A stretch of 63,544 bases of DNA, filler included, from Gonapodya sp. JEL0774 (GCA_027604505.1; 38 parts of 38 records of this genome joined end to end with filler, not necessarily neighbours in it), one strand, 5' to 3'; counted from the whole stretch's first letter, positions 23,637 to 37,038 are shown. Translations and numbers: made by a program. Notes: generated from the sequence alone by a model not told the origin.

Positions 23637-25065
23637 TCATCGCAGACCCTTCCGAACTCTCGCTGCCTTTTTCTTTGCTTCCTCAGCTCTCAACCGAGCT
23701 TCTTCTTCCAGTTCTCTCCTCGTTCGCTCGCGAAGCTCCTCTTCCTCCTTCGCAGCATCTCTTTTCCGGCGTTTGCCTGCTTGGGAAGAGCCAGACCCAG
23801 ATTCTGGGTGTTGGGTAAGTGTAGGCTCTCCGAAATATGAAGGCCCGGGAACTCGAGACGACATCGTACTTTGAGTAGGTCGTGCGTCTGCCGAGGCTCC
23901 TGGTACGGGTACCAGCACTCTGTGAATTCCGATACCGGTTGATGTGGAGGACGCTGGTTGTTGTAGTACAGCAGGTCAACTTGACAGCAACGGTCAACAA
24001 CAGTGATGATCCGTGCTCACCGTTTCCTTCGAGAACCCTCATATACTCCTGTTCGTACCCTTTCATGGCTCGTGCATACAAGGTACGGTTATGTTCTGAT
24101 TGAAGCAGGGCATTTTGAGAAGCTTCAATTGCAGACGCGGCCAACGGTTCCGCATATTGCTGGTCCGCAAGTCTCTCTGCTTCCTCAAACCCAGGAAAGT
24201 CGGTGGAGCGGAACTCTGAAACATCCAAAGTGAGAAACTTGCCAAAGCTTTTACGCAAAAACTCAGGATTATCGCACTTAATTGCACTGATGCTGCTTTC
24301 AAAGCACTCGCCGCCATTCTCAGGTCATTGTCCTTCTTCTCCAGCAGCTCCCCATAGCTTTGCTTCCGTCTTGTCTCCTCTTCGAGAATCAACAGCATTG
24401 GTAACGTCATATGTTCGTGGAACCATCGAGGAGCCAACTGAGGACTTTTAGCGTAAACATCCTTGAGAACGAAAGTAAAGACAAAGCTCATTTCTGGGAC
24501 TTGGATGTACTGAGATACCGTTAGAGAAACGTGCGTGAACTTAGCAACGGAGATTACAATGCAGGAAGAGCGTCGTCAGTCAGCGTTGAACTGGAATCGA
24601 AAAGTTACAGTAATCGGCTCTTCCACCGTCTCCCCCGATCAACACTCACAGGGGTATCGCTTACATCCTCTGCCTGAATCTCGATCCTGCTCTCCCTCTC
24701 GGGCTTATCACCTTGTAAGACATGTCGCACGTCTTTCAGAAACGCAGTCACAATCTTCTCGTGCAGTCCATCGAGGGCACTACCTTCGCGCCAGTTCAGT
24801 TGGTCGATGAACCTTCGAAACCATCTTGCTCCTCTGTGTCCACCATACCTTCTATTTTCAGTTCCTCAAGCTGTCCTTTGTCCACTGATTCGACCCACAC
24901 GTGTACGAAATCCGTAAGCAGAACGGTATAGGAATCCAGCTCTTCGCTGAAGCGGGACTTAATCAGATATTGGACCGAGCGATCACCGACATCAGAAGAT
25001 ACAGTGGCTGTGAGTGGACGCCATGGTGTGCTAGAGAGAGCCTTTACTTCCTCCGGAAGGGGCAT
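23637..25065 (-). CDS. XLF/Cernunnos (NHEJ1-like) non-homologous end-joining factor
   Basis: Head domain PWRPL...YLIK...SYTVLLTDFVHVWVESVD; FVFTF...FHEHMTLPML...LLEKKD; basic C-terminus KKKAARVRKGLR* resembling the XLF Ku-binding motif. Multiple introns. Confidence 0.75.
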
Positions 25066-25217
25066 TCATTCGTTCGTTCGTGAACGGGGCCATCTGCGGC
25101 CTGCGTTCACGCCCTCCNNNNNNNNNNNNNNNNNNNNNNNNNNNNNNNNNNNNNNNNNNNNTTAATTAATTAANNNNNNNNNNNNNNNNNNNNNNNNNNN
25201 NNNNNNNNNNNNNNNNN

Positions 25218-26481
25218 CGCAGATGTTGTTCAGGGTATCGAATGCGATGGCGAACTCCACAGACGGAAGGGTCTGCGGGTTGAAGGAACGATCAGCGTTA
25301 CGGAAACGAGCCGCGAGCCCCGTCACTTTTCTGACTACTCACGTATTTGCCGTTGATCACCGTCGGTTTCCCCGCGAGGCATCCTTTGTCTTCACCCATT
25401 GCAATCTTGAGGAAAGAGTCAAGAGTGGATCGAAGAAGGAGGTCGTGGATGTCGATGAAGGCGTTCATCTTGCCGGCTTGAGCGAGGTGCTCGGCCACAC
25501 GGGTTGCGTCGTGGTGGAAAATAGGGGAGTACTGAAAGATTACGGATTGTTCATAAGATGTCCCAGGGAGAAGCTGATTGTTGAGTTTGTCCTGGCAGAG
25601 TGTACTCACAAAGTCCCTGAAGTTCTGGTCGTGGAAGTCATGCACTGTGAGTGCGTCTCGTAGCATTTGATATTTCGAAAGAAGCACCGGACTCACTTTC
25701 ACATTGAAGATGTTGCTAGCGATTTTGCGTTGCACCTTCCATTCGTCGCCTGCATCACGGAACGGCATTCAGATCCAGATCTATGTTCCAGGCGTCACTT
25801 CTTTCTTTCTCACCATCTGCACAGAGAGCGCGAAGTACGTTAGCAAACATTAGAGACTAGACAGATCCTCAAATACTAACCAGCAGCGAAAATTCCGTGG
25901 CTTCAGAGGAAAGGTGCAAGTTTGTCGTAGTCAGAGTTTCGGAGGCCACAATATATTCCAGTTGATCCACTCCACAATGCTCACCCAAAAAAGTCCCCAT
26001 TGTTGCTCCGCTGGTCTGCTCCTTTCTCGTATGTCCAGGGGTCCCGGAGGATATGTTCCACATCCTGCACGTTTGTGGTGAGGATCATGTCAATCGGTGG
26101 GTATGTCAGAATCGTGTTCCTCCAAACTTCGCCGTGCTGCACCAACGCATGATGGTTAGTGTAAGCCGAGTTATCTCACAATCATAGAAGTGCGATGACG
26201 TACCTTCTTGCTTTGCTCCAGAATCCATTCATGCAGACTATCTATTCGCTTCGACATGGAAAGAGTGGCTCCAAAGATGGGTTTTGTTCCATCAGCTGGA
26301 GTTAAGATACCGACAGTTATAATTGAGTGTCCAGCGAAGCAACAGCGAACTGTCTCCCACCGTTTGGGATGTCAGGACGTGCGCGGGTGCCGAGCGCTCT
26401 GTCATTGTACTTGATGTAAAGGAAAGCAATCAAAGCGAAGACGGCGAGGGCTGCGTAGAGGACGATGGGGAGTACTGCCAT
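25218..26481 (-). CDS. Cytochrome P450, CYP86/CYP704-like N-terminal half (3' partial)
   Basis: Anchor MAVLPIVLYAALAVFALIAFLYIKY; DVEHILRDPWTYEKG; GDEWKVQRKIASNIF; IDIHDLLLRSTLDSF; FAIAFD. Confidence 0.88.
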
Positions 26482-27211
26482 TGTTTGATGCCGATGGTGA
26501 TGACGCTGGTGTTCTTGAACAAAAGCGTGGGCTTAGGCGGGTCGGCGAACAGGGGTGCCGAAGTTTAGCCTGAATTTCGCTGCCTGAAACTTGTGACTCT
26601 TCGCTGACAGTCTCACTTGCACTGAAAATTCACGTTGAACGACGGAAATTTGTGGTCGGTTAAGTATGTCAACAATGCCACGTTTGGTGAGTTTGCTGAA
26701 GAACAATACTTTAGCAAACGCACCTGCCTCCGCCTTTTGGCTGTGCCGGGATTTATGCGCAATATCCCGAATGATCCTTCGAAGTCTCGCAGAGNNNNNN
26801 NNNNNNNNNNNNNNNNNNNNNNNNNNNNNNNNNNNNNNTTAATTAATTAANNNNNNNNNNNNNNNNNNNNNNNNNNNNNNNNNNNNNNNNNNNNTTCGTG
26901 GTGTGCTGGCTGGCACAAAAACGGATGTCTGCAGCGGTGAAAGACATGAATACTTCTTGACCTGGCTCAGTACCAATGTAGGAGCGAGCGAACACGCATT
27001 TTTTGTAAACTTTATGTTGGACGTTCCAATTGTTACTTGTATGTATGTTCCTACAGGAACTCAGGGGTTTGGGGGGATTGTTCGGAGGGCTTGGCGGGCG
27101 CGGCTATATTTAGAGGCTACGGTATTAGCTGAGAGCGTATCGCTGTGAGGGACCTTGCCAACAGGTCGCAAGTGTTAGAGTTTGCTTCAACTCGCCACCC
27201 TACTTTGGAAA

Positions 27212-28264
27212 ATGACGGGCGAGGTCATGTCCATTGTGCCTGTTAGGATCTTCCTTCTTGACTCCATTGCATGTGTGGTCTTCCCTCTCCTATTTCTTCT
27301 TTACTCCATCATTCTTTTACCGATGACGCTACGTGACTGGCGCATTCTACCATCTGAATGCCCATCGCGTCAGACAAGAGTCGGAGTCGGATCAAAGAAT
27401 CTCTTGCATGATATTGCGCATACCGCGACGATCGTCCATTCGCTTCAGACGACTTTAAAGATTGCGGACACGGGGGATCCAATCTACGATATCGGGATCG
27501 CTGTACCACTGGGTCATGCGCTCATCTCCTTGCTCGACATTATCCTTCGAACCGAACTGTGGACTCGAGAGCGATTTCGTCTCTTCCACCACCTTTTGAC
27601 GATCTACGGGTCTTATAGAATGGTCGAACAAAAAGATATTCTGACTAGCCTGTTGTGGCAGGTACCCGGGTTCCTTCACGTCCTTGGCAACACGATATGG
27701 TGAGCGACAGCATCAATCGACAGCATCAATCTCCAGCACTCAAATGATCCCTTCCTCCTTCACAACTGGACACTAGGTTCCTCTTTGGTGATGGCCCCGA
27801 AAACCGCTCAGCGGTTCTGGTGCAGACTTTCTATGTTATTTCTTCGGTTGGTGAGCACAGCCCCGGTCACCAGCCTCTGCGTACCCAGAACCATCAACCC
27901 TAATTTGCTCCTGTTCTCTGCCGAACCCTTGATAGTAGCAGCATTTATAACGCTTGTTGATGACATTCGAAACCCAGCAACTTCACCCCGAACATCCGCC
28001 TACCACGGAGTGCGTGGAGCCATCTTTACAATTCCATTCATCGGCTTAATTGTGAGCGCAAATAATTGGGCTATGGACTGTGAGCACTATACTCCTGATG
28101 GCATTCACTGTCCGCCGATGGTCTTTGTGCCATCTTCTTGGGGATCGGAAATGAATCTGCTAGTTTTCATCACGATTTTGGCTGGCACAGTCTGTTGGTT
28201 GGTACAGAGGTTCACAGTGACCGCGTTGCAGCGAAACGGAGGAACGCCCAACAAAGCAGCATAG
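27212..28264 (+). CDS. Multi-pass membrane protein, weakly TLC-domain-like
   Basis: Two long exons (27212-~27700 and ~27777-28264) with several hydrophobic helices and LFHHLLTIYG. Confidence 0.45.
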
Positions 28265-28570
28265 CAATGCCGTTGGACAATGTAATTGGAGATCTGTTAC
28301 ATTCACTGTCGATTGTGTTCGGACTTTCATGGTAACATAATTCTAAGGTAAAATAAATTGGAACATAAATTATATATGAATATTCAACAAGGCTCAACCA
28401 TTCTTCACCACGCAATGGCCGTAGTCAATGGCAGCGTCACCGTCTGGCCAGCACTCATTGGAATCCATACNNNNNNNNNNNNNNNNNNNNNNNNNNNNNN
28501 NNNNNNNNNNNNNNTTAATTAATTAANNNNNNNNNNNNNNNNNNNNNNNNNNNNNNNNNNNNNNNNNNNN

Positions 28571-29218
28571 ATAATTACACATCAATATCGCTTCCATCGT
28601 TCAACATAATTCCGGCGTTGTTCTAGTTGTTGAATACCTGCGTGAGAACGGAAAATCTTCGTAGAAACCGCTCTCCGGTGAGCTTACTATCAAGATATCA
28701 ATTCCCGCTGGAAACTCCTTGTCGATCGCTGCGGCGGCACTCTGAGTGAGTGTAAGAGGTGGTGAGACTCAGTAAAGCGGCTGCACCAACGACGATATCA
28801 AAGACCAACTTTGATGGTCTCCACGTTATCTGAGTCCATTTCAAAGATCTTGATGCGATGTAGCAAAGCAGCATAATGAGAAAGAGCGACTAGCCTCAAA
28901 ACGGTTGTCTCATAAATGAATGCAGTTCAAAGTACCTTAACCCGCGCCGCGGCTCCCCCCGCAACTCCCTCGATTGCGGCAGCGCTTTTGACCTTGCTGC
29001 GAACAGTTGCGATAACAGTTGCGTCGACATATCTGTTTTGAGTTTTCGTTGACAGGAATCGTTAGAATGGATGTTCCGTCAAAGGCTGCTGTCCGATGAT
29101 AGATTGCACGAGAGTCAATCTATCTAAAATCATTGACTTACCTGGTGAGAATTTGCTTCACAAACTCTAGGCCCAGTCCGCGACCGGCTCCGGTAACCAG
29201 GTAGACTTTGCCAGACAT
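28571..29218 (-). CDS. Short-chain dehydrogenase/reductase (3' partial)
   Basis: MSGKVYLVTGAGRGLGLEFVKQIL (TGxxxGxG), VIATVR, GIDILI/NNAGI across short introns. Missed by the ORF track. Confidence 0.88.
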
Positions 29219-31016
29219 TTCGAATAGATCGGGATGGAGGGATTGGCGATCGAGAGAGTGATTCGGTAATAGTAGGAGAGTGGAAGAGCTCGAGATTTGT
29301 GGTTTTTATATCCATGCTGGTATAATTGAAATGGTTGTATGTGAAGAAAGACGTTGTTCCTGGAAGTTTGTGAATCTTGCAAATGTTTCGAAAAGGTAAT
29401 TCCTTTACAAATCTGGACTCAAGCAAACCTAACAAAATAACCTGAGCCTCCCACGCGATGTTTCCAGAATTCCGTTCTACAAATGGCTGGTGTCGAGTCT
29501 GTTGGTTATCGCAGCGCAGCGGCTAGGGGAGCTGTGGACGGTGCCCGATCCACTTGTGGGATACGCAGCAAGCGCAGCACGCGCAGCAGTGCGCAGTGAG
29601 CTGAGTGCGCAGTATTGGGGCGAGTTAACATTATAAAAGGCGAGCAAACTATATTGTATTAGGAAGTGTACATCATTACTAAGTACCAAGGGAACCTCTG
29701 TCCCTGCCCCGTCCTGTCCATCCACCGACGTACAGAGAAGAACCACCGTGTGACGAGACTGTTTACAGAGTCACGCTGAGGAAGTGAGCAACTCTTATGA
29801 GCACTCATCATCCAGTTTTCCCAAACAAACCAAACACTTCAGTATTATTTGATAGCACCAGGAATTACACTGTGTTTATGAAAGAGTAGAAGGCACTTTC
29901 ATTGTACGAAGAACACTTTGATACTCGACAGTTTCGTCTCCGGACCATTTGACTTCACCAGTCTCGGTTCAATCATCTTCTGGCTTCGCATCCCACGTGC
30001 CCGGCGACTCGAGCAACTCGAGCTCGTCGACACTGTGCGATAAGTTTGCTGTTACAGGTGTGGGCGTCATCGTGTCGTCGGTTCCTGACATCTGGGTGGT
30101 AGAAACCGAGAGTAGGAGCCCGGGAGCGACAATTGGATTGGCGTCANNNNNNNNNNNNNNNNNNNNNNNNNNNNNNNNNNNNNNNNNNNNTTAATTAATT
30201 AANNNNNNNNNNNNNNNNNNNNNNNNNNNNNNNNNNNNNNNNNNNNATTATTAATGTGAAATTAATGTTGAGAAGAAAAAATTAGTCCCATCTCAAATAT
30301 CTTAAGGGGGAGGTTAGCTTGGTGAAATGGTAAGCAATTTAATCAAAGTTTAAAGACAGAGAGGATAGATTCAGCACAGTGATCTGTATTGGTGGTACTG
30401 AACATTTCTTCCATCAGGAGATTCCATGTCCCAAAGGCTTCAATATTAATATCCCAGCAGTGTACAGCAAAAGTGTAGTTATGTGTAGCAGTATGAGGTC
30501 AATGAGGACACTTACTAAGCTACAGTTGCATCTGTCCCCGGTTTGTCCTTGACATGGAATCTAACGTATATTAAGTTCTATGGTGCATGTATGGTTTCAC
30601 TGAGCCAAGCCAACGCCACATTACAGTGTATCATGCCACAAAACAATAATTGAAAGTCTTCCCTTTGCATCTGGATGAGTATTAATTGTAGCACTTTTAG
30701 AATGAAATAAGTTGGATTCATGTATCACATTCCAGCTGGAACAGCCATTTTCAACACAAGTTGGTTCATTTGTGGAATCAAAACTCATTATTAGCATTAT
30801 GGTTGGTCACTCCTTCATAACCATTTTGTGAACTATAGCATGTCCACTCATTCATTGATCAACTGCTAGCACAACTCAGTAGTGTCAACTTGTCCAGCTA
30901 TCTAGATGTCAGCATTGGTTTGGATAACAGCCACCCAACCACCAACAAAATCATTGCTCAAGTTGACATTGACTTTTGTCCTGATGTTGCTTCCTGTAAT
31001 GGCTTGAAGGTAGGAT

Positions 31017-31578
31017 CTTGGCTACAACTGCGGTAATAGCATCATGCATCAAGGTAGGAGCCTGACTATAACTCCGGTAATGGTGTGCTGGTAGGTAGAA
31101 GCTTGACTAGAACTCCACTAATGGCCTTGGGAAGGCACAAACTCGACTATGACTCTGGTAACAACTTGCAGGAAAGTTGGAGCTTGACTATAACTCCGGT
31201 AATGGTGTGCATGAAGGTTATAAGACTTGACTACAAGTCCAGTAATGGTGTGCAATGATACACCCTTGACTATAGCTCCGGGAACAGCTGGCAGGAAGTC
31301 GGAAGCTTGGATATAATTCTGGTAATGGCAGAGCTTTGCGAAAGCTGTGAGTGTAACTCCGCAAAGAGCAGCACAGAAGGTTTGGTCAGAGTGTGACTAC
31401 TACTCCGGTATTGGCTGGCAGATGACTTAGTCAAGCTTGATGGGTCATCCTCCTTGAGTTAATGCCAATAGTGCATTTACATTGCAACTCCAGTGATCAT
31501 GGCAGGAAGCGAATTGAGCTTCATGGGATTGCTTCACAGAACCAAAGACAAAATTTGCGACTATAACTCCGGTAATCG
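31017..31578. repeat. rDNA spacer subrepeat array: about 12 copies of core (CTT)GACTATAACTCCGGTAATGG, ~41-bp period
   Basis: Cores near 31017, 31062, 31102, 31142, 31183, 31226, 31265, 31306, 31346, 31392, ~31480 and 31556, separated by divergent ~20-bp spacers. Directly downstream of the LSU 3' end. Confidence 0.85.
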
Positions 31579-31608
31579 AAAAGAGGGGAAGAGATGTTCT
31601 CTATGAGA

Positions 31609-31821
31609 ACAAATCTAAGCAACAAAGGCTTAATCTCAGCAGATCGTAGTAACAAGACTACTCTACTGCTTACAATACCCCGTTGCGATATTTAAGTCGT
31701 CTGCAAAGGATTTATCCATTCCAATATTTGAAATTGCTATCAAGAGCTAGCCAACAAGCACTTCCGCAGGCTGGCGTCACTCAGATATGATTCCGGGGCA
31801 GAGCCCTATTTGTAATCGTCT
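31609..31821 (-). rRNA. 25S/28S LSU rRNA, 3' terminal fragment
   Basis: Minus strand reads GATAAATCCTTTGCAGACGACTTAA...ACGGGGTATTGTAAGCAGTAGAGTAG...ACGATCTGCTGAGATTAAGCC...GATTTGT, the conserved eukaryotic LSU 3' end. Confidence 0.95.
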
Positions 31822-31922
31822 NNNNNNNNNNNNNNNNNNNNNNNNNNNNNNNNNNNNNNNNNNNNTTAATTAATTAANNNNNNNNNNNNNNNNNNNNNNN
31901 NNNNNNNNNNNNNNNNNNNNNA

Positions 31923-32998
31923 TTGCCGGAAAGGCGTTACCTCGTCACCCACCCCACTGTTCCAGCGCCTCACCTTCTCTATCCTCTCCCCTCATTCAAG
32001 CGGGACCGGCACCCCTCACTCTGGCAGTTCGCGGCCCACTTGAATCGCGCGGAGTCATTTGTTATGTCCCCAGAGCTACCAACCTTCCCGACACATGTCA
32101 CGGGCAAATTTAGCACGCCTCTTCCTTTCGTGCTACGAGAATATTTTGACGACGATGAGGACTGCCCAGGGCTCGCGTGGCGTGACATTCGGCTGCTCTT
32201 ACATGACATTGGATCCCATCGCACCGTGCCCATCGAAGTTGGAGCTAAGTACACCGATGATGCTTGGTCTCAGGAACTGGTTGTGGTTGAGGACTGGATA
32301 ACGGGGTTCGTAGAGGGAAAGTCGGCTGGGATGGGACCGAGCAAGCCCGCTCCGGTTACGTATTTGGCACAACACGACATATTCTCCCAAATACCGCGAC
32401 TACGTCGTTGTGTTCCTACACCGGACTATTGCCACGCACGATCTTTCGCCTCATCCCCCACTGTTGCATCGCCACCCCGCTCTTCACCACCACCACCGTC
32501 TGTCCCGAAGCTTGAAACGCCACTCACCCATTTCTGGTTCGGACCTGGCGGGACCGTGTCGCCTCTCCACACCGACCCATATGACAATGCCTATGTACAG
32601 CTTGTTGGATACAAGTATGTTCGGTTGTATGACAGGACTGAGAAGGAGAGGGTTGGGGGCGGCCAAAGCAAGCAATGGATGGGTAACACGAGTGAGGTGA
32701 GCTGCAATAATCCGCGCGTAGTAGCTGCTTCCTTGGCCAATACCGTTATCATTATGAGATACCGGATATCGAACATCCCGACATCGAGGAGTACCCGTTG
32801 ACCGCGAGCGCACCGTTTCTGGAAGCAGTGTTGGGACCTGGAGATTTTCTGTTCATTCCGGTCGGTAGAGTGTTGCGTAGTCTCAGGTTTGATGACCGGT
32901 TTTTGAGTCTCGTCATTTCATTGTCGACTGAACAGGTCGGATGGTGGCATTACTTTCGCAGTCTCAGCGTGTCGGTGTCGGTGAGCTATTGGTTTTAG
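31923..32998 (+). CDS. JmjC-domain protein, JMJD5/KDM8-like (5' partial)
   Basis: RTVPIEVGAKYTDDAWSQ, YLAQHDIFSQIP, WFGPGGTVSPLHTDPYDN (HxD), L.PGDFLFIP/VGWWHY.RSLS.S.SVSYWF*. Confidence 0.9.
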
Positions 32999-33599
32999 AT
33001 GTTGTTTCGGGGACAAAGAGGCCAAATTGGGTGGGAAGGGCTGAGTGGGGTGGAACCGTTTCATGCTTCAGTTCTGAATACAATGTTGCGGTCACTTGGG
33101 TTATTCCAGGACGATCTTCAATGAAGAGAGGATGTCGAAGAGGAGTCTCCACCTCATGACGAACCGGCGTTCAATGAAAGTGGCATACTCCTCTTCGTCA
33201 GCCCCCGTTCTCCCTCCCTATACACGACGTCTTCGTCAAATCTCCAGCTGGGTATGACGAAGGAGCTAGTTCACTTCGACGATGCACCTTGAAGTACCTC
33301 CATAAATGCGTTTGATGGCGCCTTGCAGTCCAAGAATGTCCGAAACGATTCTCAGTTATGGGTCCCCCTTTCCCAGCTGTCGACATTGAACCTTCACCGC
33401 CATCTCACCACCCAGAGTGACGTCAGCTTTTCGATATGGCAAATCCTTCTCCGCGTGTTTTGAGAATGGAGACATAAATGAGCGACCACGGTGACGNNNN
33501 NNNNNNNNNNNNNNNNNNNNNNNNNNNNNNNNNNNNNNNNTTAATTAATTAANNNNNNNNNNNNNNNNNNNNNNNNNNNNNNNNNNNNNNNNNNNNCAC

Positions 33600-34106
33600 C
33601 TAGCCACCATTCGTTTGATTTGTCGTGTTTGAAGTAAGAGTCCGAGACCGCAGTCGTCGACACTTTTGTTTTTGTTTTGGCGAGACGAATGAACTCAGAT
33701 CCCAGGGAGCAACACTGGTGGATCACTCACCCGGCATTGTTGCTCACCACCGTCAATCCTTTGACCTCCTCCCGTTTTGTCAACGCTCGGATTAGATTCT
33801 CAGGAATTCCACATAATCCGAATCCCCCAACGACGAGGGTTTGGTCCGCCTTGATGTCAGCAACTAGGCATGATCGAGATGACATCTCATCAGCATCTCT
33901 CTCCTGCAAACTTCTGACCGGTGTCTCTACGATTCAATTAACTCACCAGCAGCCTCGGCAGATGAAAAAATCTTGCTACGTGTGGGACTTCCGGCCGTTG
34001 CAAGCAAGCGTACGCCGACAACAACGGGCTTCACGGCCAACCTATAGCGGCTGCCATTTTGCGTCAGAGAGAGGGAGGCCAGTGCGGTAAGAGCTCTAGG
34101 GGCCAT
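33600..34106 (-). CDS. OXCT1: Succinyl-CoA:3-oxoacid CoA-transferase, N-terminus (3' partial)
   Basis: Mitochondrial-type presequence, then [25 protein letters not shown]...[27 protein letters not shown]. Confidence 0.92.
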
Positions 34107-36599
34107 TAGTGTGACGATATGTGATTGGAAAGTGAAAATTCCTGTACAATGCACCATATATGGGTTCGGGTGGGCAATGGGCCGGCTCCCGTGGTGAGCG
34201 GGGAATCTATTGCCCAGCGGGAAGGTGATTCGCATTCCCGCTGCGAATGTGCAAAATGACTGTGATTGCAGATATTGTACAAATGGAATATGATTATTTC
34301 TTCACTCTGCCGTTTTCGTGCACCTCTGTGTCCTTCGCATCAGGTCGGTTGGTGTGACATTGGAACTCCTCACAAAGGAACATTCGACATGGATCTTGCG
34401 GTTCTACCGCAGAGCTTTGTCAAGAGTCGCATGAGCCAGAAGGTCACCGAGCCGTTGAGCACGGTAAACAGTAGGTACTCCGTACATTGTGTGAAGCAAC
34501 CCGGCGATGTCATCGCATTTCTTGCAGATCGGCAGCATCATTGATCCCAGTTTCTCCTGCCAGCAAAGTTAATATCAATGAAAACTATAAATGATGGTAA
34601 GACCCGTCAAGGAGGGACGGTGCTCCCCAGATGTGGAAGTACAATTCATCAACAAGTCAGAATAGTGACGTTCTCGAGATCCACTAAAATGTCAGGATAG
34701 TCTGTGTTTCGTGCTTGTCGCTCCAATATGCAAACATGTCATTCCAATAACCAAGCTCAAACCGACGAAGCCGAATTGGATTGCGAGGTTTCTCCCTTTA
34801 GGGTGGTTGTACTGAGAATAATTAATGAAGGAACGTCACTGTGAGCGCACACTCACAATAATCTTGAAATAGACAGAAGTCAGGGTTTACGGAGGCTGAG
34901 CTAGTTGCGAGCGCGACTTTCGGAGGGAATTCAGTGAACGCCGCTTGACCCCACATGCACAGCTTGAACATGAGGTCAGTCACGAAAAGGACATTTTCAT
35001 AAGAATATTTCGTCGGAGAAGATGATAATTCGAAGACTACATACCGCATACTGCGATGGATTAATTGCTTGAAAAGGCGTGAGTGAGTGAGAACTACTGT
35101 CATTCTGTCATTCCAGCCAGCCGGGTGAAAACTCCTGAGCACAGACCTTTTATCCACGGCAAGAGTTTATTNNNNNNNNNNNNNNNNNNNNNNNNNNNNN
35201 NNNNNNNNNNNNNNNTTAATTAATTAANNNNNNNNNNNNNNNNNNNNNNNNNNNNNNNNNNNNNNNNNNNNGGAGGTGGAGAGGGAAAGGGAGTGGCGGA
35301 GTATGGACGGGCGGGGCGGCGGTGGCGGGGGTGGGGTGTGGTGAAGAGTAGGGGAGTGTGTAGCCGTGTGGGATGCCAAATTGTATTTTATATGCAGGCT
35401 GTATAAAATAAGTTGTCTTCTACCAGATCCGCTCTGACGTACCTACCAGGTTACACCATAAGAACAAGAAACACAGAGTACTTTGGGTATAATACTGGAA
35501 TCGACTTTGCCGTCTGAGAAATGACAGTTGGGGGTACCCGCAAAGTGTGTGCTGTCACACGGGGCTTAGTCACGATTTTATCACATGTTTTATTGTCCTC
35601 ATTTCATTCCATGTGGTACTGTGTCAAAAAGTGCGGTGCATAGCTGGTATGGAGTGCACCAGTGGTGTGGGTTAAGGAGACTGAGTGGTTAGTGAGGGGA
35701 CCAGACGGGGAAGTACGTGGGGGTTAGAGAGAAACAATGGAGGAGAAACCGTGCTTGGAAGGCGTCCGTATAGCCGCCAGGATCGCTCCGTAAGCCGTTG
35801 CCTCCCTTGGGTGACATAGTTCCGGGGCGGGTCGTCTGAGTTCGGTCACTCACGTGTTTCCCAGCCTTCCAAGGTGTCCCCCTCCCTCCCCTGTTCACCG
35901 CCAACGTAATGTACGAGACTTCGCGAGCTGTATGGACTTGAATAGGTTCGTGGAATGCGGACAAGTGGAACCGGATGCGTTGGGCTGAGATCGGAACAAA
36001 CCCATCACAACCCGACGCATCCGGTTTCACTTGTCCGCATTGCAACATGAAAATCGTCGGGCAATCTTGTGCGTCGTGAATCCCGAGCTTGTATGGGACC
36101 GGAATCCGGTGATCCGCAGGGATGTTGAACAGGATCGTTTCCATTCAGAAAGCCCGGACAAAGATCCCAGAACGTGCAAGAGTATTCATTTTGCTGTGAT
36201 TGGTATATCCTAAGGAATCGCCTCTTTCCTCCAAAGTGTGATTCGCCATGAACGTACTTTGTGACTCCACTCCCGTCCGACATCCTCCGAATTCTTTTTC
36301 AATTGGTCATCCAGAAACAATTCAGACAAACGTTGGTGGCTCCACGTCTTGGTGCAGCTGTTCGGTGAGCAACGAAACGTTTGAAAGGTTTTGCTTGGAA
36401 GCGGGAACAGTGCCAGCACAGGAGGCGGTTAAAAGTGATTCTGCCGGTTGCCAGAACCAACCAAGCTTGCCGATTTGTTTACAGCACCGCCAAGTGGCTC
36501 GGTTAGAGAACTTCGATATAAAGGCGACCTTTCCTTTGCGAAAAGCATCGGTTTTCGTTTCTCGCTCTCCTCCAGTCTCCAATCTCCACTGCATACTCA

Positions 36600-36846
36600 A
36601 TGGTCACCAAAACATCGGACAAACAGTCCCCAGTCGCACCCACTCGGTTCTGCCACTTGGTTCTCACGTCGACAGATCGAGATCGGCTTCAAAAGTGGTA
36701 TGAAGACGCTTTGGGAAGTAAGTTTAAGCGGATGACGCGTTCATCTCGAACATTTGCGGATCTCCTCATTTTATTCGTCTCATGCAACCACAGTGCGGGT
36801 CCAATTCAGGAGCGATGGTATCACCTTCATGACATACGACTCCGAG
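36600..36846 (+). CDS. VOC-fold (glyoxalase/extradiol dioxygenase-like) protein, N-terminus
   Basis: Exons 36600-36717 and 36794-36846 give MVTK...PTRFCHLVLTSTDRDRLQKWYEDALG/MRVQFRSDGITFMTYDSE, matching P..L.H.VL...WY...LG......F.TYDEEHH. Confidence 0.75.
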
Positions 36847-36990
36847 NNNNNNNNNNNNNNNNNNNNNNNNNNNNNNNNNNNNNNNNNNNNTTAATTAATT
36901 AANNNNNNNNNNNNNNNNNNNNNNNNNNNNNNNNNNNNNNNNNNNNAAGGTGCCACCCACCCGCCACCCCACACCCAAGTCATGTATGCA

Positions 36991-37038
36991 CCCTAACCCT
37001 AACCCTAACCCTAACCCTAACCCTAACCCTAACCCTAA
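36991..37038 (+). repeat. Telomeric-type repeat (CCCTAA)8, interstitial
   Basis: Eight perfect CCCTAA units, preceded by 44 bp of non-telomeric sequence within the contig. Confidence 0.95.

Noticed and set aside
31142..31160. ACTATGACTCT resembles the LSU helix-69 (homing endonuclease/R2 target) sequence
   Set aside because: Only 11 nt in one copy, and opposite in orientation to the rRNA. Chance is sufficient.
31017..31578. CRISPR-like repeat-spacer appearance
   Set aside because: Repeats are degenerate, spacers are short and partly related to each other, no cas genes are present, and the array abuts a eukaryotic LSU 3' end.
36991..37038. True chromosome end
   Set aside because: Only 8 units, with 44 bp of non-telomeric sequence on the distal side.
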